The position numbers and the translations under genes are program-made. This document shows, one piece after another, positions 1 through 10,658 of a stretch of 64,000 nt of DNA. Source of the stretch: an uncultured delta proteobacterium (GTDB lineage: Bacteria > Myxococcota > Myxococcia > Myxococcales > Myxococcaceae); NCBI GenBank assembly GCA_963713045.1, contig CAVQKE010000004.1:32001-96000 (forward strand). The letters run 5' to 3'. The notes beneath the pieces were generated by a model. It made no database searches and had not been told where the DNA came from. It saw nothing but the letters and a program-made list of their open reading frames with translations. Each line of letters opens with the position of its first letter. Within the stretch, counting starts at the first letter, position 1.

Positions 1-171
1 GTTGGTCATCTCCGCGTCATGGTCAGCGACAGCGCGCCCGGCAGGAGGCGCCGCGTCTTCTCGCTGACAGACAAGGTCGGCAGCAACACCTCCATCATGA
101 CGAGGAATGCCGCGATCGACATCGCGAACTGGGCTTCCGCGCGGCAATTGAACTTGCTTCGTGACTGGTAA
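1..171 (+). CDS. 3' end of a hypothetical protein entering the window (VGHLRVMVSDSAPG...LNLLRDW*)
   Basis: Frame 1 is open from base 1 to TAA at 169-171 with GC3-rich codons; no recognisable motif. Confidence 0.4.
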   Translation, partial: VGHLRVMVSDSAPGRRRRVFSLTDKVGSNTSIMTRNAAIDIANWASARQLNLLRDW

Positions 172-351
172 CGGCGAGAGCAGGAACTGTCAGCCGATGG
201 ACCGGGAACATGCCGCCCTGTGCCAGAACAAACGACCACGACGTGATGCCCCGAAGGGCGGCTGTTACTGGCGAGCTTTCACTGTGCGAGCAGTACGTCC
301 AGCGACGCTAACGGCGTCGCTAACGCCCACGTAGGCGAACGGGGAGGGGTC

Positions 352-454
352 TCCGAAGCGTTTCCCCGAATGGGACGGGGGTACCCCAAGACCCCGTGGG
401 TGGTCCTGCCTGCCTTTGAAGACCAGGCCGGTCACCAGACGCGGACGCTCTACC
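352..454 (-). pseudogene. selC: Degenerate tRNA-Sec (selC)-like sequence with UCA anticodon
   Basis: Minus strand reads GGTAGAGCGTCCGCGTC-TGGT-GACCGG-C-CTGGT-CTTCAAA-GGCAG, then a 7-bp variable-arm stem CAGGACC/GGTCTTG, a 5-bp/7-nt hairpin CCCCG-TCCCATT-CGGGG, and ACGCTTC pairing with the 5' AGCGT. The T-loop lacks TTCGA, several stems are mismatched and there is no CCA. Confidence 0.55.
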
Positions 455-562
455 AAACGACTGTCACCGAGAGAACCCTACCTCGGCTGTGACGCGAACG
501 GCGACAGCTCGCTGCTGTGATGAGGCTTAACCAGAGGTGCTGCAGCGGGGACTTGTTCAAAG

Positions 563-775
563 CTAACGGCATAGAGCCGGTGCCGTCTCGTCGAGTCCAT
601 GCTCAGGAGCAGCACACCGGGGAATTTGAGAGGCCTGGTCCGGTTTCCTCGAGTCGAGCGCCACCATTGCCTCGATAAGAGGCGCAGCAACCAGGCTGCG
701 CAAAACAACCACCTGGCCAAAGAACGTACACAGGGCCAAAGCGATGATTACCGTAGGTTTGACGAGGGAGAGCAT
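563..775 (-). CDS. Small hypothetical protein with N-terminal hydrophobic segment (MLSLVKPTVIIALALCTFFG...)
   Basis: ATG at 775 within ORF 563..895; signal/TM-like N-terminus. Confidence 0.35.
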   Translation of the reverse strand: MLSLVKPTVIIALALCTFFGQVVVLRSLVAAPLIEAMVALDSRKPDQASQIPRCAAPEHGLDETAPALCR

Positions 776-1024
776 GTTTTTGCCTTGGAGTGCGGCGGCA
801 CCTTGTGCCGCTTTCAGCCCTAGGTACGCCGCGGGCGCCCGTTGTGACCGATTCGAGAAGGCAACCTCGCCGCCGCTCCACTCCAGGTGCGGCAATGAAA
901 GCGGGCGCCGTACTGGCCTTGCCAGCTCTGAGAGCTACCTTTGCCTGGGTGAACAGCGCTCAAGCAGGTGGGTCGCTTGTTGCTTACCTCGATGCGTCTT
1001 TAGGATGGCGCTCGTCGGGCGAGG

Positions 1025-3766
1025 ATGTCGGTGACGGAGAACACCAGTCGCGAGGGAATGGAACCCGCCACCGCAGGCCAGTCCGCTCACATTACCGCCC
1101 TTCTGGCCGAGCTGGTGCGCGTTCCGGACGAGGAGCTCGGCGAAGGCTGGGAGCAATGGCTCTTTGCTGGCGCCACCATCGGCCGCTTCGAATTGGTGCG
1201 AGAAATTGGGCGCGGGGGCTTCGGCATCGTCTGGGAAGCCAGGGACCGGGAGCTGCGGCGGGCGGTCGCGTTCAAGGCCGTGAGAGCTGGCGACCGCGCT
1301 GCGCTGCGCGAGGAGGCGCTTGTACGCGAGGCCGAGGCAGTGGCCCAACTCGCGCACCCGAATCTCGTGACCCTCTACGATGTGGGCCGGTGCGAACACG
1401 GCCCCTACCTGGTGCTTGAGCTGCTTCGTGGGCAGCCACTCTCGGAACGGCTTGAGCGGGCCCTTCCCCTGCGAGAGATTGTGGGCATCGCGGTCGAAAT
1501 CGCCAAAGGTCTCGCGCACGCACACGCCGCAGGGGTGGTGCACCGAGATTTGAAACCCGCCAACGTCATTGTTTGCGAGGACGGCCGTGTGAAGGTTCTC
1601 GATTTCGGCCTCGCTCACGCCTTCGGCCGCACACGCGTCAGCGGCGGCACTCCTGGCTTTATGGCTCCCGAGCAATGGGAGGACGCGCCGGAGGACGAAC
1701 GGACCGATGTTTTTGCCCTCGGTGTTTTGCTCTATCTTGCGCTTTCGGGCGAGCTTCCCTTTGTCGGGAAGAGTTCGGAGTCCAAGGCGCCGCGGCTGGA
1801 GGTTCACGAACTTCCCGAGCTGGGCGAACTCGTTGGGCAAATGCTTGCTCGTGAGCGGGTCGATCGGCCTAAGGACGGCGCGGCCGTGCTGGACGCTCTT
1901 CAGCGAACGGCAGCGCTGCTTCCGCGTTCCGTGGACAGCCCGACGCCGACGCCCCGTCCGCCGACAGTAGCGCGGGTCCGGAGGCGAAGAGGCTGGCTGC
2001 TGAGCACGCTAGCAATTGGCGCCATCGCGCTTTTCACATCGACTTACCTATTCATCCGTCCGGGGCCGTCGCGAGCCCCCCCGGAGCGCTCGATCGCGGT
2101 GCTCCCCTTCGAGAACCTCTCGCCGGATAAGAACGACGGCCTCTTCGCGGAGGGAATCCATAGTGAAATCATCACCCAGCTCGGGAAAATCCCTGGTCTC
2201 AAGGTGACCGCGCGCAGCTCAGTGCTCCAATACCGACAACCGACCAAAGACCTCAAGTCGATCGCTGCCACGCTGGGCGTGGCGACGCTACTTGAAGGGA
2301 CGGTTAGGCGGGCGGGTTCTCGGTTGCGCATCTCGGCCGAACTCCTCGACGCAGCGAGCGGACGGCAGCTCTGGGCGGAGGACTACAATCGCGGTGGCGC
2401 CGATGCGCTCGCGGCCCAAACTGAAGTGGCTCTCGAAATCGCACGAGCGCTCGGCGGTCAGCTGAGCGAGGAGGAAATGCGAATGCTGGAGCGGCCTCCG
2501 TCGCGAGACGTCGAGGCCGACGACGCCTACCGACGTGCGGTCGCCATCCTGAGAACGGGTTCGCTCGCGGGCGACGAGAGAACGGGTTCGCTCGGGGGCG
2601 ATGAGCAATCGAAGCGGGCCGATGAGCTGCTTGAGCAGGCCATTGCCCGCGATCCTTCGTTCGCATTGGCCCACGCCTGGCTTGCTCTCTCGGTGGTGTC
2701 CGGCGCGCACCTGGGTCCCGCCTATTGCGACAGGGCGCGAGCTTTGGCAGAGCGCGCTCTGGCGCTGGAGAAAGCTCTCCCGGAAGCCCAGGCCGCGGTC
2801 GGCGTCGTTCGCGGCGCCTGTACAGGAGATTTCCCCGAGGCCCTTCGCGAGGTCCGTCGCGCACAGGCAGGACTTCGGAACGATGGGTACTTTACGGCCG
2901 AAATGGCCCAAGTGTTTTGGGGCGCCGGCGAAGAGAACGTCGCGGTGGAAATGTCCAAACGGGCCTTCGAACTCGACCCACGCTCGTTTCGGTCGGCCTT
3001 GTTACTCGCCAGTTATACCAGTGCCATCGGCTCTTTCGCCGACGCTGCCCGCGCGCTGGAACGCGCGGGCGAGCTGTCCCCTGGGGATGTCGGAGTGGCG
3101 GCACGACAAGCAGAGTTGGCCGCCCTCCGGGACGGCGACCTCGCGCCTGCCAGAAAAGTCGTCGACGCCGCGTTAGCCGAGCAGGGCTCTGCTCGCTTTG
3201 TCCCTGATGACTTCGAGGGCATCTCCCGGTGGTTGCCGGAACGAGGATTGAAGCTCGCCACCCACGTGTTGGCGCACGAAGCTCGCGAGTCGGTGCCGGA
3301 CACGCTGATCCTACAACACTGGTACCTCCTCTCGGGGCGCTTACAATTCATCCTCGGTCATCGCGAAGAGTCGCGTGTCGCCTACGGCCACGCTCTCGAG
3401 GAACTCTCAAGCCAAGGTCCCTATGCAGCCAGTCGTGGCCTCGCAGCGCAATGGAACTCGAACATGGCCCTGGCGAAGGCTGGCCTCGGACGGACCGACG
3501 AGGCGCTCGATCACCTCCGGGCCGCCGCGGCACTGCTCGATACTCCAGGGGGGCGGGACGAATACCTCGAGCGGTCGGCTGAGGTGGCGATGCTTACCGG
3601 GCAATCGGATGCGGCATTTTCCGCCCTCGACGAATTGATTGCCCGGCGCCGGCGCTTCACACCGGCAATCTTGCGCGTAGATCCGCTCTACGCCCCGCTG
3701 CGGCCCGATCCCCGTTTCGAGGCCTTGCTGGAGAAGCCAGAAGCGACCCCGTCCGCGGTCCCGTGA
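1025..3766 (+). CDS. Membrane Ser/Thr protein kinase with TolB-like and TPR-like C-terminal domains
   Basis: GRGGFG P-loop, VAFK, HRDLKPAN, DFG and APE are intact; TM segment WLLSTLAIGAIALFTSTYLFI; SIAVLPFENLS TolB-like motif; helical repeats. The start may be ATG 1058. Confidence 0.92.
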   Translation: MSVTENTSREGMEPATAGQSAHITALLAELVRVPDEELGEGWEQWLFAGATIGRFELVREIGRGGFGIVWEARDRELRRAVAFKAVRAGDRAALREEALVREAEAVAQLAHPNLVTLYDVGRCEHGPYLVLELLRGQPLSERLERALPLREIVGIAVEIAKGLAHAHAAGVVHRDLKPANVIVCEDGRVKVLDFGLAHAFGRTRVSGGTPGFMAPEQWEDAPEDERTDVFALGVLLYLALSGELPFVGKSSESKAPRLEVHELPELGELVGQMLARERVDRPKDGAAVLDALQRTAALLPRSVDSPTPTPRPPTVARVRRRRGWLLSTLAIGAIALFTSTYLFIRPGPSRAPPERSIAVLPFENLSPDKNDGLFAEGIHSEIITQLGKIPGLKVTARSSVLQYRQPTKDLKSIAATLGVATLLEGTVRRAGSRLRISAELLDAASGRQLWAEDYNRGGADALAAQTEVALEIARALGGQLSEEEMRMLERPPSRDVEADDAYRRAVAILRTGSLAGDERTGSLGGDEQSKRADELLEQAIARDPSFALAHAWLALSVVSGAHLGPAYCDRARALAERALALEKALPEAQAAVGVVRGACTGDFPEALREVRRAQAGLRNDGYFTAEMAQVFWGAGEENVAVEMSKRAFELDPRSFRSALLLASYTSAIGSFADAARALERAGELSPGDVGVAARQAELAALRDGDLAPARKVVDAALAEQGSARFVPDDFEGISRWLPERGLKLATHVLAHEARESVPDTLILQHWYLLSGRLQFILGHREESRVAYGHALEELSSQGPYAASRGLAAQWNSNMALAKAGLGRTDEALDHLRAAAALLDTPGGRDEYLERSAEVAMLTGQSDAAFSALDELIARRRRFTPAILRVDPLYAPLRPDPRFEALLEKPEATPSAVP
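2551..2604 (+). repeat. 27-bp in-frame tandem duplication in the kinase gene (RTGSLAGDE/RTGSLGGDE)
   Basis: gagaacgggttcgctcgcgggcgacga followed by gagaacgggttcgctcgggggcgatga, 2 mismatches. Confidence 0.9.
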
Positions 3767-3918
3767 CAAAGCACCGTTCTGCCGGGTGGCGACACCGGCA
3801 ACGAATCCCCTGTACTCGACAGCCGTCGGCGCGCGTGAGGAAAGCAGCCCTCCCGCGGCGTTGGCCTCCCACTCGCCTGAGGCGTAAGTTGACCCGCCCA
3901 GTCGAGGAGGGTCCCGCC

Positions 3919-5208
3919 GTGCTCATCAACGCCAGGCTTGGATGCGCAGCGGCCTTTGCCGTCGGCTTCGTCTTCGGCGGCGCCGCCCGCGGCGACGGGG
4001 CTTCCAGCCCGGCGCCCTCGCGGGCCGTGGTGCCTGTGGGCGGTGCGGGCGCGCCGTTACCCCAGGGGATGCGCCAAGAAGCCATCCATGACCGAGCGAT
4101 GAACATGGACGCCTATTTCGTCGCCATCCCAGCCGACTGGAACTTCCAAGGCGCAGTTCTCATGGGCACTGCGTGCTCGGCAGAGGCATTCCCGGCCTTT
4201 CGCGCTTCGAGTCCAGATGGCCTCACCCAGCTCGAGCGACTGCCGCGCTTCGACTGGAAGTGGGGTGATGCTCCGTGGTTGCCGAGGAACACGCTGCGTG
4301 GCTGTCTCCCGTTGAGGGAGGCGTTGAGTGCCGCGGAGTTCCTCAAACAACTCTCAGCCGTGTCCCAAGTCGAGTACGCCGGGGCAGTCCCGGTTCCTGC
4401 CGACAAGCGCGCGGCGATGAAGAGGTACTTCGAGCAAGCCAACGAGGCGAGCGCCCATATGGCTGCCCGATTTCACCTCGACCCCATCATTCGCCAGGGC
4501 GACATGGCTCAGGCGAAGGTCCGCTACCGCAATGGGAACGTCCCGATGGAAGCGTTGCTGTTTGTCAACCTGGTCTGTACCCACAACCCCGTCCGCGATT
4601 TCAAGAAGCGAAGTTTCTCGGTGGAGAGCTGCAGCGCAACCGTCCGGGTGGTGCGCTCAGCGTCGGGGAAGCTGGATGAGGCTGTCCAGCGCCTGGACTC
4701 CGCTGGTGCCCGTGAGAACTCGCAGTGGGTCCAGGCCCTGATGGACCTGGAGAACCGCCGCAGCCAGGCCATGGCGCAGCAATCCCAAGCCGCTTTCAAC
4801 CAGCAGATGCAGCTTCAAAACCAACAATTCCAACAGTCTGAGGCGTTGAAGCTGCAGCAGCATCAACAGTTCCAACAGTCGCAAGCCAACCAGTTTCAAC
4901 AACATGAGCAATTCCTGTCCACCATGCAGCGGGGGACGGACATGTCCATGTACCGCGCGCAGCAAAATGCGAACGCTAGCCATACCGCCGCTTCCGACAC
5001 GGTGGACTATGCACTCGGCCAGCAGACAGTCCGCGACCCGAACACTGGCCAGCTGAACAAAGTCTCGGCCGGCTACAACCACACGTGGGTCAACGACACC
5101 GGCAAAGTGAGTTACCAAACGGATAACCCCAACGCGAACCCCAACGGATACGTGCAAGGGAACTGGACTCAGCAGCAACAGGTCCACGGCGACGGGACCA
5201 GCAGGTAG
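3919..5208 (+). CDS. Exported hypothetical protein with Gln-rich coiled-coil/low-complexity C-terminal region
   Basis: GAGGAGG SD (3904-3910) before GTG 3919, in frame with ORF 3763..5208; signal-like N-terminus; Q-rich tract. Confidence 0.8.
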   Translation: MLINARLGCAAAFAVGFVFGGAARGDGASSPAPSRAVVPVGGAGAPLPQGMRQEAIHDRAMNMDAYFVAIPADWNFQGAVLMGTACSAEAFPAFRASSPDGLTQLERLPRFDWKWGDAPWLPRNTLRGCLPLREALSAAEFLKQLSAVSQVEYAGAVPVPADKRAAMKRYFEQANEASAHMAARFHLDPIIRQGDMAQAKVRYRNGNVPMEALLFVNLVCTHNPVRDFKKRSFSVESCSATVRVVRSASGKLDEAVQRLDSAGARENSQWVQALMDLENRRSQAMAQQSQAAFNQQMQLQNQQFQQSEALKLQQHQQFQQSQANQFQQHEQFLSTMQRGTDMSMYRAQQNANASHTAASDTVDYALGQQTVRDPNTGQLNKVSAGYNHTWVNDTGKVSYQTDNPNANPNGYVQGNWTQQQQVHGDGTSR

Positions 5209-5276
5209 CCAGCAGGTCGACACAGGCCCCAAGAGCACTGGACGAGACAGCCCTGTCAGCGCAGCCGGGCCGCGCC

Positions 5277-5738
5277 CTATTTCTCGAAGTTGAAGTCCGC
5301 CGCCCCAAAACGTCGAACCAGCAAGATGCAAGGCCCCGCCTTGCTGCATGTCGCTGAATGCACCAGCTTGGCAGGGAACACCACGACGCTACCGGGGCCC
5401 AGCTGGTAGGACTTGCCGTTAATGACGTAGTGAAGCGTCCCGCTGATGACCACCGAAGACTCAGCGAAGGAATGCCAGTGCGGCGGGAAGGCGTAGCCAG
5501 CAGGAAACTTCGTGTACCCCAGAGACGGCCCGGTGGTCGCGTCACCCGCGATGGAAGACACCATGAGTCCGGCGGGTGCTCCTGGGTTTGTCCAGGCGGT
5601 CCACTTTGCGTCTTTGAGTTGAGCGACGACAGCGTCGTCGGGTGAGGAGGGTTTGGCAGGTGCTGGGGCTTGGGCCGAGCTGGTGCTGGCCAAAAATACG
5701 ACGAGCAGCGACAAACTACGGCGAAGCAGACTGGGCAT
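5277..5738 (-). CDS. Secreted cupin-domain protein (DUF4437-like)
   Basis: Signal peptide; PPHWHSFAE and downstream H cupin metal motif; GGAGGGG SD before ATG 5738. Confidence 0.85.
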   Translation of the reverse strand: MPSLLRRSLSLLVVFLASTSSAQAPAPAKPSSPDDAVVAQLKDAKWTAWTNPGAPAGLMVSSIAGDATTGPSLGYTKFPAGYAFPPHWHSFAESSVVISGTLHYVINGKSYQLGPGSVVVFPAKLVHSATCSKAGPCILLVRRFGAADFNFEK

Positions 5739-6450
5739 GGCCCCTCCCGGAGTCGATGTGGGGGCACGGCCTAGCGCGCGCTGCGAAAAAAGGCCACCTT
5801 GTCCTTGGGACATCTAGACCGCACTTTCGTGCAATCCGAGGACCCGGGAATGAATCCTTAACCAGGCGCGTGAATTGAGTTCGACGACCCCCGAGAGTCA
5901 TGGCATGGCGCGGGAGCGACGCTTCTTCACGCCGCGTGGGACCGCGGAGACAGGGTTTACCCTCGAGGGGGATTGGACTGGGACCATTTTGTGGCTCCCC
6001 CCCGTGGCCGTCCCCTGCCGCGTCCGAGGCTTTGGCGAGCCCTCGTCCCACGCTGGCCACCTCAGCCGGAGTGCGGCGCGACGCGTCGGCGCAAAAAAAG
6101 GTTCGCAAACCAGAGTGCGTTCACCACTGTTTTCGGCGCTTGACGTGTCAGACACCTTTCGCGACGCCTTGCGCACCCGACGGTCCTGCCTCAAACCCGC
6201 CGAAGCGTTGGAGGGCCACCGTCGGCCTCTCTGACGAGCGGGGTGGGAGACCGGACACCCGGGCTCCTCTCCCACACCAAGTTTAAAGAGAGTTGGGGCA
6301 CCCCGGTGCCGGTCCACCACTTGGAATTGTGCGACTGTGGACGGAGAGCGAAACATGGGGGTTGCTGCAGGTGGGTTGGCGGCCCATCTCGAGCGGTGGT
6401 GAAGGACTTGGTCGCACGGCGACCCCCCGTGCACTGGAAGGGGCTTCTCG

Positions 6451-6930
6451 ATGGACCAGCAACTTTCGCCTCACGCGGCCTGGAGGGGACTCACGCTTGT
6501 CACCTTCCTTTGCCTTGGGCCAGTCGGGTGCGGGTCATCGATGCAAAACGGCCAAGCCAGTTCGGAACTCATCTCAGGCTCGACTCCGGATGGCGGAGAT
6601 TCGACCAGCGACGCCGGACTCCCGGGGACCGACGGTGGGCAAGCCGCCGCTCTGTTGAGCATCATCAACTACAACAACGGTTGCTCCATCACCGAGGACG
6701 GCGGCGCGTTCCGCCTCATGTCTGCCTTCGCCATTGGGAGCGTGGTTGCCTTGGAGGCAACGCCGCTTCAGGGTTACGCGTGGGGCTATTGGACGGGGAC
6801 CGACTTCGATGGCGGGAGCATGGATGTGAATATGGCCACCACCGTCACCATGAATGGAGACAAACTGGTGGTCGCCTGTTGCCCGACCGCGCCGCCAGCG
6901 GCGCAGGTCTGCCCCACGCCAATGCCGTAA
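6451..6930 (+). CDS. Putative lipoprotein with InlB B-repeat-like beta-grasp domain
   Basis: PVGC lipobox-like motif, DGG/DAG low-complexity linker typical of myxobacteria, LEATPxxGYxWxxWTG...TVTMNGDK motif. Confidence 0.65.
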   Translation: MDQQLSPHAAWRGLTLVTFLCLGPVGCGSSMQNGQASSELISGSTPDGGDSTSDAGLPGTDGGQAAALLSIINYNNGCSITEDGGAFRLMSAFAIGSVVALEATPLQGYAWGYWTGTDFDGGSMDVNMATTVTMNGDKLVVACCPTAPPAAQVCPTPMP

Positions 6931-7002
6931 TTCGGCGACGACACGACGCACCCTCTGGAGCGGGTTAGCCCCCTTCGGCTGAGGGGCCTGCCCGTCGAGG
7001 CG

Positions 7003-7062
7003 CGGGAACGACATCATCTCATTGGCGGCATGCTCCAGCACGTGGCAGTGCCAGACGTAGAC
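7003..7062 (-). pseudogene. Isolated C-terminal remnant of a multicopper oxidase (CotA/bilirubin oxidase type)
   Basis: YVWHCHVLEHAANEMM matches the terminal copper-binding signature YVWHCHILEHEDNEMM; no other MCO sequence nearby. Confidence 0.7.
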
Positions 7063-7392
7063 CAATGCGTTTGAACATTCGCGCTCCCCTGTCCCCTGAT
7101 GCGGCCGTTGGTTGAAGCCGTGGCCCCAAGCTTCAGGTCGCAGGCCATAGCGCAAGCCTTGCGGGGGATGGGGTTACGTTCCGGCGGAGAAGCAGTTGCG
7201 GCGCGGTGAATGCCTCTCGCTGCTTTGCAACAACGCCCCATCCCTGAAGGCCTCAGGCGTTTCACCAAGGCAACAGCCAGCCCGCGTCCCATGGGACGGA
7301 CGGTCCCCCTCGCGTCTGGAGCTCCCCCCCAAAGGGCGACGCTTCGCCCTCGGCCGCGGGCCTGGGGGGCTGAACGCCTGGACGAATTCCGG

Positions 7393-9136
<1,744 letters not shown>

Positions 9137-9139
9137 GGG

Positions 9140-10504
9140 CTAGGCGGCGCCGCTGCGCGCCGCCGGCACCGCGTCGTGGTTGGGGCTCGCGAGGTACACC
9201 ACATTTCGCGAGCTCCGCTTCCCCCGGTACATGGCGCGGTCTGCCTGGTCGACCAGGGTACGCGTGTCGGTGGCGTGCTCTGGATAGCTGGCCACGCCAA
9301 TGCACGTGGTGAGGGTCAGGCCGTAACCCTCGCGGGCGAGGAAGTGGTGGGATTCAATCGCCCGGCGGATGCGCTCGGCCACTTTGAGTGCGCCTCCGGA
9401 GTCGGTTTCCCGCAGCAGCACCACGTACTCATCGCCTCCCCAGCGGGCAGCGACGTCCTGGTCGCGCGTGCAGGACTTCACCACGCGCGCGGCTTCAATC
9501 AACAGCTTGCTGCCCACCAAGTGGCCGTGGGTGTCATTCACCGTCTTGAAGTAGTCGAGGTCCAGAAAGAGGATGCTGAACGGCTGGTGCCCTTGGGCGC
9601 GCGCGAATTCGCGCTCCAGCGCCTCGTCCAGGTAGCGCGCGTTGTACAGCCGGGTGAGGTCGTCCAAGTAGACGAGGTCCTCGGCCTGCTCAATCCGGTC
9701 CGCATGGTGAAGCGCCAGCGCGAGGTGCTGCGCAAGGTAGCTTGCCGTGTCCCGCATGCCGGCCGGCTCACCCCCCTGCAACAGCAAGACGGCCCAGCCG
9801 CGCAGCCCGGCGGAGGGGTCGAGTGCGGGGACGGCCACGGCTACAGAGAAGTGGGGGAGGGCGGCCAACTCGAAGGTGCGCGCGGGCTGGCCCTGCAGTT
9901 GGGCCTCGCACGCCGACTGAAGCGGCGCCAAGAATTCTGCCGGCACGCCGTCGGCTGCCTCGTGGCGAAGTTCGCCGTTGGGGCCGCGAGTCCACACCAG
10001 CGCGGCAGTGGCCTGGCACAGCTGGACGAAGGCACCCGCCGCGGCAGAGCCCAGCCGGCCGCGGTCGAGGACGGTGAGCAGTCGCTGTCCGGCCTCGACC
10101 AGGGCCACGTGACGCTTCAGCGCTGCGTTTTCCTGAAGCAGCTGCCGGGTGGTGAGCGCGCGCGCCACCGCGTGTCGAAGTGCCTCCGGCCGCACTGGCT
10201 TCACCAGGTACTCGGCCGCGCCGCTCTTGATGGCGCGAACGGCCGGGCCGACCTTGTCCAAGGCCGTAATCAGCACCACCTCCACGTCCGGGTAGCGCTC
10301 CTTGGTGTGGCGGAGCACCTCCATGCCGTCTCCCTGCGGGAGGATGAGGTCCGTGACAACGATGTCAAACGGGTGGAGCGCCAAGGCAGCGCGCGCCTCG
10401 GTCACACCGCTCACGGCGTGCACTTCGTGCCCGGCGTCGGCGAGGTAGTCGCCATACACTGCCCGGGCCACCTTCTCGTCATCGACCAGGAGAATGCGAG
10501 CCAT
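9140..10504 (-). CDS. Response regulator diguanylate cyclase (REC-GAF-like-GGDEF)
   Basis: Receiver LLVDD...DLILP...KP; DDLTRLYN, DLDYFK, RDQD I-site, RWGGDEY. Confidence 0.93.
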   Translation of the reverse strand: MARILLVDDEKVARAVYGDYLADAGHEVHAVSGVTEARAALALHPFDIVVTDLILPQGDGMEVLRHTKERYPDVEVVLITALDKVGPAVRAIKSGAAEYLVKPVRPEALRHAVARALTTRQLLQENAALKRHVALVEAGQRLLTVLDRGRLGSAAAGAFVQLCQATAALVWTRGPNGELRHEAADGVPAEFLAPLQSACEAQLQGQPARTFELAALPHFSVAVAVPALDPSAGLRGWAVLLLQGGEPAGMRDTASYLAQHLALALHHADRIEQAEDLVYLDDLTRLYNARYLDEALEREFARAQGHQPFSILFLDLDYFKTVNDTHGHLVGSKLLIEAARVVKSCTRDQDVAARWGGDEYVVLLRETDSGGALKVAERIRRAIESHHFLAREGYGLTLTTCIGVASYPEHATDTRTLVDQADRAMYRGKRSSRNVVYLASPNHDAVPAARSGAA

Positions 10505-10658
10505 GGCTGGAGGAATTCTCGAAAAATGCTATCCGTTCCACCCTCGCTTGGGATAGCCGCACACCAGCGCACCCAAACTTGACAGCCGTTGTGTCGCACC
10601 CTTCCAATGTCGGGAATTTGCTGAAGGATTCCTGAGGCTTTCCTTCGAGGCCGCCCCC

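Noticed and set aside
7151..7163. CGCA-N5-TGCG dyad upstream of groEL
   Set aside because: No properly placed GG-N8-TTGCW promoter, and groEL has a sigma70/CIRCE promoter; treated as background
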